From: Sediminivirga luteola | GTDB lineage: Bacteria > Actinomycetota > Actinomycetes > Actinomycetales > Brevibacteriaceae | Assembly: GCF_014639315.1 (NCBI RefSeq) | Contig: NZ_BMFY01000006.1 | Coordinates: forward strand, 170,510-194,509 | DNA length: 24,000 bases | Direction of reading: 5' to 3' | Shown here: in pieces, positions 18,467 to 24,000 of the stretch | Layout of the letters: each line of letters opens with the position of its first letter | Position numbering within the stretch: the first letter of the stretch is position 1 | Position numbers and translations under genes: made by a program | The notes under the pieces: model-generated | The model's input: the letters and a program-made list of their open reading frames with translations, nothing else | Told to the model about the DNA's origin: nothing | Database searches by the model: none

Positions 18467-19578
18467 GATGTCGGTCCTCTCATCAGTACGGTCTGCAGGT
18501 GCTCCAGGAAGCCGCCGGCGTCGATGCGCCGGATCACTTCCGCGTTGGGCGTCCGGTTCCAGCGGCCGAGCCAGTCGGCCACGGTCTCGCCGCGGGTCAG
18601 GGTGCCGTGGAGCTCGACGTCGATGGCGACGCGTGCGGTCTCTGCCCAGGGGATTATCCCGTCTGCGCCGCGGTCAGGCGAATCGTCGGCGGTCCCGTCG
18701 TCGGCGGTCCCGCGGCCTGCCGCGTGCGCCCGCGCCCAGCCGATAGCGGCGGCCAGCACGTACGGATCGTGGATATGCGCCAGATAGCCGTGGCCGTCTG
18801 ATTCGTGGAACTCGAAGTAGAACCTCAGTGCCGCAGCGAGCTGTTCCAGCCAGTGCTGCCACCGGTCGTCGCGCGGTCCGGGCTCGCGGACCGCGTTTCC
18901 GGCCGCGTCGTGCCCGGTGCCGTCCCCGAGGATCGCGTCGAGCCGTTCCGGGGTCATCACGACGGCTTCCGTGGCCTCGAGCGGCCCGATGACCGGCAGG
19001 CTGTCCGCCCGGCCGAAAGCGGCGAAGACGCGGGCCGCGGCCTCGGGATCGCAGCTGATGTTCCACTCGGTGGTCGGCCGGGTGTTCCCGCGGTAGTTGA
19101 ACGCGCCGCCCATCACGAAGAGCCGCCGGATGAGCGCGGGCAGGCGCGGTTCGATCTCCAGGGCGAGCGCCAGGTTCGTGGCCGGTCCCAGCAGGACGCC
19201 GACGAGTTCACCCGGATGGGCTCGGGCGGCCTCCACCCAGGCGCGGGCGGCGTCGCGGGCATCGGGCACGGCGTCCTGCGGCAGGACCGCGTAGCCGGTT
19301 CCGGTGTCCCCGTGCGTGTCCTCGGCATACTCCGCCTCGCCGGAGAGCGGCAGGTCCGCGCCCGGATGCACCGGGACGTCGGCGCGGCCGGCCAGGGCGA
19401 GCCAGCCGAGCGCGTTGCGGACCACCTGCCCGGTGGGCACGTTCCCGCCGCTGGCGGCCACTCCGGTGATCAGCACGTCCTCCTGGCAGAGGGCGTAGCC
19501 GAGGGCGATGGCATCGTCGATGCCGGGGTCGCAGTCGATGAAGAGCGGGATCATGCTCCCCATTCTGCCGGTAGGCAC
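18463..19578 (-). CDS. Inosine/uridine-preferring-type nucleoside hydrolase (IUNH family)
   Basis: The N-terminal signature is LFIDCDPGIDDAIAL (DxDxxxDD). Further motifs are LLGPATNLALAL, HDPYVLAAA and FVMGGA. GTG 19578 is the longest ORF start. ATG 19563 or ATG 19554 (giving MIPLFIDCDPG) are equally plausible. Confidence 0.85.
   Translation of the reverse strand: MPTGRMGSMIPLFIDCDPGIDDAIALGYALCQEDVLITGVAASGGNVPTGQVVRNALGWLALAGRADVPVHPGADLPLSGEAEYAEDTHGDTGTGYAVLPQDAVPDARDAARAWVEAARAHPGELVGVLLGPATNLALALEIEPRLPALIRRLFVMGGAFNYRGNTRPTTEWNISCDPEAAARVFAAFGRADSLPVIGPLEATEAVVMTPERLDAILGDGTGHDAAGNAVREPGPRDDRWQHWLEQLAAALRFYFEFHESDGHGYLAHIHDPYVLAAAIGWARAHAAGRGTADDGTADDSPDRGADGIIPWAETARVAIDVELHGTLTRGETVADWLGRWNRTPNAEVIRRIDAGGFLEHLQTVLMRGPTS
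18682..18711 (-). repeat. In-frame 15-bp x2 tandem duplication encoding (GTADD)2 in the nucleoside hydrolase
   Basis: The plus strand reads atcgtcggcggtccc / gtcgtcggcggtccc. It lies within an apparent surface insertion (HAAGRGTADDGTADDSPDRGADG). Confidence 0.85.
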
Positions 19579-19590
19579 GGACAGGCGGCC

Positions 19591-20802
19591 TCAGCCGCTC
19601 CAGGCCGCGAGGCATCGGGCCATGACGCGGAAGGGCAGGCTCTGAGCATTCCGACCGCCGGCCTGGTCCACCGTCCCGGCGAGATCCACGCCGAGTTCCG
19701 GGCAGGAGAAGAGCCAGCTGCCGGTGGCACCGGAGTGTCCCACGAGGGTGACCGCGCGCAGCCGGCCCGCCACCGGGATCACGGTCCGGAAGATCATCGT
19801 GCCCATGCCATATCGCAGCACGGGGATGTTCCGCAGCCGGTTGCGCCGTTCGGTCAGCAGGGCCGCTGTGCGGGTGCTGCGGAAGAGATCACCGCGGCGC
19901 AGCGCGCGCTGAAAACGCAGGAGATCCCCGGTGGTGCTGATCAGATCGTTGCTGGAGGCGATCAGGGAACCGAGATTCACGGGATGACGTCCGGCGCAGA
20001 TGGTGGTGGGAGGCGGTGCCGGATCGTCGCCCGTGAGATGCGGGCCGGCCGCGCCGTGCCCGGGTGCGGCGCCGTGCCGTGGAGCTGGACTGTGCCCGGG
20101 GTGCCAGGTGTGGTGCAGTCCGGCCGGTCCGGTGATCCGTTCGGCCAGCAGCCCGGCGAAGTCCTGTCCCGTCACGGTCTCCAGGATGCGGATCAGCAAC
20201 TGGAAACCGGTGTCCGAATAGCGTGCTTTCTGGCGGGACGCGGAAAGGTCCTGCGGGGCGAAGTGCCCTCGCTGCTGCTCGCGGGTCGTCCTGATCATGT
20301 CCTCGAAACTCCAGGACGTGTCCTGGCCGGCGGCGAGCCGGGAGTAGAGGCTCGGGCCGTCGCTACGACGCTCGAAATGATCCGGCAGCCCGGAGGTGTG
20401 CGTGGCCAGGTGCCGCACCGTGACGGCGGGCGTGTGATCGGTTCCCCGCAGGGTGTGCAGCCCGGTGGTGACGTCCGGCGGCAGTACGCCGGTGATCGGA
20501 GCTGCCAGATCGACCTCGCCGCGCTCGTGCGCCTGCAGCAGCAGAGTCACGATGAATCGCTTGGTGACGGAGGCGATGAAGAAGGGGCGGCCCGGATCCG
20601 GAGGCCCCGCCTCATCGGCGGCACCTGCGGCGGCGGACCACCGGAGGCTCCCGTCGGCACTGGCGACGGCCACCGTCGCGTGGTGCAGGCGCTGCCCTCC
20701 CCGGCGCGCGATGAGCTTTTGCAGCACACGTTGCAGTCGTGCCTGCGCGTCCGGCCGGGCGGTGTTGTCGCCGGCGGGGACCACGAGCGGCGGCCTGTCC
20801 AT
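19591..20802 (-). CDS. Beta-lactamase-family (class C/PBP-like) serine hydrolase
   Basis: 403 aa. ATG 20802 has GAGGAAGGGAG upstream. The SxxK motif is FIASVTKRF, the YxN-like box is ARYSDTG, and the KTG-like box is VGHSGATG. The stop lies 12-36 nt before the nucleoside hydrolase start. Confidence 0.8.
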   Translation of the reverse strand: MDRPPLVVPAGDNTARPDAQARLQRVLQKLIARRGGQRLHHATVAVASADGSLRWSAAAGAADEAGPPDPGRPFFIASVTKRFIVTLLLQAHERGEVDLAAPITGVLPPDVTTGLHTLRGTDHTPAVTVRHLATHTSGLPDHFERRSDGPSLYSRLAAGQDTSWSFEDMIRTTREQQRGHFAPQDLSASRQKARYSDTGFQLLIRILETVTGQDFAGLLAERITGPAGLHHTWHPGHSPAPRHGAAPGHGAAGPHLTGDDPAPPPTTICAGRHPVNLGSLIASSNDLISTTGDLLRFQRALRRGDLFRSTRTAALLTERRNRLRNIPVLRYGMGTMIFRTVIPVAGRLRAVTLVGHSGATGSWLFSCPELGVDLAGTVDQAGGRNAQSLPFRVMARCLAAWSG

Positions 20803-20830
20803 GACGCTCCCTTCCTCACTAGATGTATGC

Positions 20831-20851
20831 GATATGTCTATTAGACATATC
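20831..20851. promoter_or_regulatory. 21-bp perfect palindrome GATATGTCTA-T-TAGACATATC, candidate PadR operator in divergent promoter region
   Basis: Read directly from the sequence. It sits in a ~40-bp island of roughly one-third GC within a ~70% GC genome. It lies between the operon start (20802, minus strand) and the padR start (20882, plus strand). It contains ATGT-N7-ACAT, close to the ATGT-N8-ACAT dyad described for PadR-family operators. Confidence 0.6.
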
Positions 20852-20881
20852 TATGAGAGTCAAGCCGCTAGGATTGCACCT

Positions 20882-21442
20882 GTGGCACATGTGATTCTGG
20901 GGCTCCTCCTGATCGCTCCGCGGAGCTTGTACGACCTGATCAAGGACTTCGAGGCCGGGGTGGGTCTCTTCTACAGCGCGAGCGCGGGGAGCATCAAGCG
21001 TGCCCTGGATGGACTCCTGCGGGAAGGGCGGATCGAGGTCGCGAGCACCGAGCGCTCCGGGCGAGGCCGCAAGACCTACCGCGTCACCGACTCCGGCAGG
21101 GAGGAGTTCCGCAGCTGGATGACCGGGGACGTGACCGGCACGGATCTGGAAACTGCGGCCCTCGCGCGGCTGCACTTCCTCGGCTTGCTGGAAGCGGGAG
21201 AACGGCCGCTCGTGCTGCGCCGCATCCAGGCGCGCTATGCCGCCGATCTCGCGCGTCTCACCGCCCTGGAGGAAGAACTCAGCACGGCGGAGGTGCCGCC
21301 GGAGTTCCACGACATCGCGGCATACCAGCAGGCGACTCTCGACTACGGCATCGCCACGCTCCGCTTCGCGCTGGACTGGTTCCAGCGTATTCCCGGCAGT
21401 GCCGAGCCGGCAGAACAGGCGCGAGAGAACCCAAGGGACTGA
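20882..21442 (+). CDS. PadR-family transcriptional regulator (two-domain PadR-1 type, ~186 aa)
   Basis: The product reads VAHVILGLLLIAPRSLYDLIKDFEAGVGLFYSASAGSIKRALDGLLREGRIEV...RKTYRVTDSGREEF, a winged-HTH of PadR type, followed by a helical C-terminal domain. I chose GTG 20882. TAGGAT at 20869-20874 would place a transcription start at about 20881, giving a leaderless mRNA. The upstream ATG 20834 would put the palindrome inside the CDS. Confidence 0.8.
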   Translation: MAHVILGLLLIAPRSLYDLIKDFEAGVGLFYSASAGSIKRALDGLLREGRIEVASTERSGRGRKTYRVTDSGREEFRSWMTGDVTGTDLETAALARLHFLGLLEAGERPLVLRRIQARYAADLARLTALEEELSTAEVPPEFHDIAAYQQATLDYGIATLRFALDWFQRIPGSAEPAEQARENPRD

Positions 21443-21540
21443 ACCTGCCGACGCACCCAGACGCTGTCCTGCTGTTCAGGCAGCCGGGAAATGAGGGAGG
21501 GTCTTCCGGGGTGCCCGTGGCCGGCTGCTAGCCTCCGCCC

Positions 21541-21781
21541 ATGAAGGCCTATGGGATCGATCCGCGGCTCTACACCACCGAACTCCATCATGTCCGGTAC
21601 CGCGTCAACTTCTGGGACAAGAACATGGCTTCCGATGAATGGGAGCTGGACGAGTCCGACGTCGATGAAGTCCTGGCATGGGTGGAGGACAACGCCAAGG
21701 GCCGGACGTACAGTGTGTGGGCGGTGGTGCCGGACGGCAACCGCACGTCGCCGATGATGGTTCGCCGAAGACCCGGCCTAA
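21541..21781 (+). CDS. Small acidic hypothetical protein (~79 aa) requiring a +1 frame change near 21757 to terminate; possible frameshifted gene
   Basis: The frame from ATG 21541 has good codon bias. It reads MKAYGIDPRLYTTELHHVRYRVNFWDKNMASDEWELDESDVDEVLAWVEDNAKGRTYSVWAVVPDGNRTSPM. That frame has no stop until 22836 and runs antisense through the convergent gene. The +1 frame from 21758 reads WFAEDPA-TAA (21779-21781). TAGCCT at 21529-21534 sits exactly 6 nt before A21541, a leaderless geometry. Confidence 0.45.
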
Positions 21782-22725
21782 CGCGTGCGGTGGCGCCCTG
21801 CAGCGTGTTCCGGCCGCCGGGCGAGCGCGTCCAGCCGGGCCTGCCACGTCACCCGGCGGCCGCTCAGATCCGGTGCGAGCGCCACGGGCTCGGACTGATC
21901 GGCGGCCCGCCCGTCCGTCCCGGCGTCGGCCACCCAGCCGGTCACCGTCTGCAGACCGCGCAGCGCGCTCATGCACCACGCCTCAGCGCCGTGCAGATCC
22001 GCGGGACGCACGCGCTCGTGGATCACCGGGATGCCGTCCTCGACGGCGAACCCCTCCATCAGAGCGCGAGTGACCGAGGGAAGCACGGGACCTGCCGGCA
22101 CGCCCAGATAGAGCCTGCCCCGGGCATCGTCCCGCCACCACACCAGCGCGCTGTAGGCGCCCTCCAGGACGCAGCCCTCCGCATCGAGCAGCACCGCTTC
22201 ATCGGCGCCGTGCTCCTGCGCCCGGGCCCGCAGCCGGCCCAGCGGCGCCAGGTCGGGGCCTTTGGTCTCCGGATGCCGCCGCGGATCCGGTCCGGGCACG
22301 CTCCACAGCGAAACGGCGCCACTCGTCGCCTCCGGTGCCGGCCGGAGATCCCACCGCAGGCGCTCATCGGCGCCCCAGTCGCAGACGATCCGGGGGAACC
22401 AGCGTCCCCGGCTGGGGAACCGTGCCGGAAGCCAGGCCAGGAACGCCGCGAGTTCCTCATCGGCAGGGTCGCCGGGGTGCGTGCGCAGTGCCCGCACCCC
22501 GGCGGAGAACCGCGCCAGATGATGTTCCAGGCCCCGGACCCGGCCGTCCTCGATCAGCCACGAGTCCTGCACCGGGCCGGGGCCATCGGCGTGCGTCCCG
22601 GCGCCCGGCCGCGGATCATGGAGCGCTCGCGTCTGGCCGCCCGGCCGTGGGTCCTTGGCCGGCGCCGGGCCCTTACCTGCAGCCCGCGCGCTCCGCTCCG
22701 GCCCGTCCTGCCCAGGCGCGCTCAT
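21778..22725 (-). CDS. Aminotransferase class IV family protein (aminodeoxychorismate lyase-like)
   Basis: 315 aa. Motifs are HHLARFSAG, RRHPETKGPDLAPL (putative PLP lysine region), ADEAVLLDAEGCVLEGAYSALVWW and LPSVTRALM. An ATGA overlap with the HAD gene spans 22722-22725. The gene lies downstream of pabB. Confidence 0.7.
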   Translation of the reverse strand: MSAPGQDGPERSARAAGKGPAPAKDPRPGGQTRALHDPRPGAGTHADGPGPVQDSWLIEDGRVRGLEHHLARFSAGVRALRTHPGDPADEELAAFLAWLPARFPSRGRWFPRIVCDWGADERLRWDLRPAPEATSGAVSLWSVPGPDPRRHPETKGPDLAPLGRLRARAQEHGADEAVLLDAEGCVLEGAYSALVWWRDDARGRLYLGVPAGPVLPSVTRALMEGFAVEDGIPVIHERVRPADLHGAEAWCMSALRGLQTVTGWVADAGTDGRAADQSEPVALAPDLSGRRVTWQARLDALARRPEHAAGRHRTR

Positions 22726-23621
22726 CGCGGCGCGCCGGGCTCCTCGGCCGGGACGTCCTCGGGTGAGCCGTCCGAGGAGCCGGATACGCTCGGATCCGCA
22801 GGCCGATCCTCCGTTCCGGCCGCGCCAGATTCGTGAACATCCCCGGAGGAGGGGCGAACCAGCTCGTGCACGCCGGAGATGATCTCGGAGGGACGGAACG
22901 GGTACTTGGCGATCTCGCTGTCATCGGAGATGCCCGTGAGCACCAGGATGGTGTGCAGGCCCGCCTCGATGCCGGCGATGACGTCGGTGTCCATCCGGTC
23001 GCCGATCATCGCCGTGGTCTCCGAGTGGGCGCCGATGCGGTTGAGCGCCGAGCGGAACATCATCGGGTTCGGCTTGCCCACCACGTAGGGGTGCCGGCCG
23101 GTCGCCTTGGTGATCAGCGCGGTGATCGCGCCGGTGGCCGGCAGCACGCCGTCCTGGCTGGGGCCGGTGGCGTCCGGGTTCGTCGCGATGAATCGCGAAC
23201 CGCCCAGGATCAGCCGGATCGCCTTCGTGATCGCCTCGAAGGAGTAGTTGCGGGTCTCACCCACCACGACATACTCCGGGTCGCTCTCAGTCATGATGAA
23301 GCCGGCCTCGTGCAGTGCCGTGGTGATGCCGGCCTCGCCGACGACGAACGCGGAGGCACCGGGGCTCTGCCGGGCCAGGAAGTCCGCCGTGGCCAGAGCC
23401 GAGGTCCAGATGCGCTCCTCGGGCACCACCAGCCCCGAGGCTCGCAGCCTGGCGGAGAGATCGCGCGCGGTAAAGATCGAGTTGTTCGTCAGCACCAGAT
23501 AGGGCGCGTCCTCGCGGCGCCATTGCTCCAGCAGTTCGGCGGCGCCGGGTAGCGCATGGTTCTCACGGACGAGGACGCCGTCCATATCGGTGAGCCAGCT
23601 GGTGATATGACTGCGATCCAT
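22722..23621 (-). CDS. HAD-IIA family hydrolase (NagD-like phosphatase) with acidic/Ser-rich C-terminal tail
   Basis: 299 aa. Motif I is LTDMDGVLV. Other motifs are LVLTNNS, GKPNPMMF and MIGDRMDTDVIAG. Confidence 0.85.
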   Translation of the reverse strand: MDRSHITSWLTDMDGVLVRENHALPGAAELLEQWRREDAPYLVLTNNSIFTARDLSARLRASGLVVPEERIWTSALATADFLARQSPGASAFVVGEAGITTALHEAGFIMTESDPEYVVVGETRNYSFEAITKAIRLILGGSRFIATNPDATGPSQDGVLPATGAITALITKATGRHPYVVGKPNPMMFRSALNRIGAHSETTAMIGDRMDTDVIAGIEAGLHTILVLTGISDDSEIAKYPFRPSEIISGVHELVRPSSGDVHESGAAGTEDRPADPSVSGSSDGSPEDVPAEEPGAPR

Positions 23622-23668
23622 CGCAACCTGCCTCTCGGTGTGGGGAAGGACCTGATCTCTCCTTCAGT

Positions 23669-24000
<332 letters not shown>

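Overview
This is a high-GC (roughly 70% by eye) actinobacterial chromosomal segment, and almost all of it is coding.

**Left third, minus strand.** It carries envelope glycosylation genes:
- a GT2 glycosyltransferase, partial at the window edge
- a single open frame fusing a NeuA-like cytidylyltransferase to a NeuB-like nonulosonic-acid synthase
- a GT39 protein O-mannosyltransferase

**Left third, plus strand.** A DUF4190 membrane protein is followed by the conserved block rsmI-metG-tatD-rpfB. As I recall, this is the same order as M. tuberculosis Rv1003-Rv1009.

**After rpfB.** The expected ksgA/ispE are missing. In their place are a 528-bp highly structured non-coding region and an orphan cytochrome P450. 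A textbook groES-groEL operon follows, with two CIRCE operators, a TTGACC-17-TAAAGT promoter and a strong terminator.

**Right half, minus strand.** A tightly packed six-gene operon sits divergent from a PadR regulator, with a 21-bp AT-rich perfect palindrome between them. Its genes are a beta-lactamase-family serine hydrolase, an IUNH nucleoside hydrolase, a COG1738/YhhQ-type transporter, an ECF S component, an ECF T component and a fused double ECF ATPase. This is my best candidate for an undescribed system, possibly modified-nucleoside or 7-deazapurine salvage, or nucleoside-antibiotic handling. Two features stand out:
- The two unrelated transporters share the same first ~20 codons.
- The ATPase has one coherently degenerate ATP site.

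**Right edge.** A small leaderless-looking ORF needs a +1 frame change to terminate. It is followed by pabC-like, HAD-IIA and pabB (partial) genes.

I recognised no rRNA, tRNA, CRISPR array or IS element. All calls rest on motif reading by eye; no searches were run.
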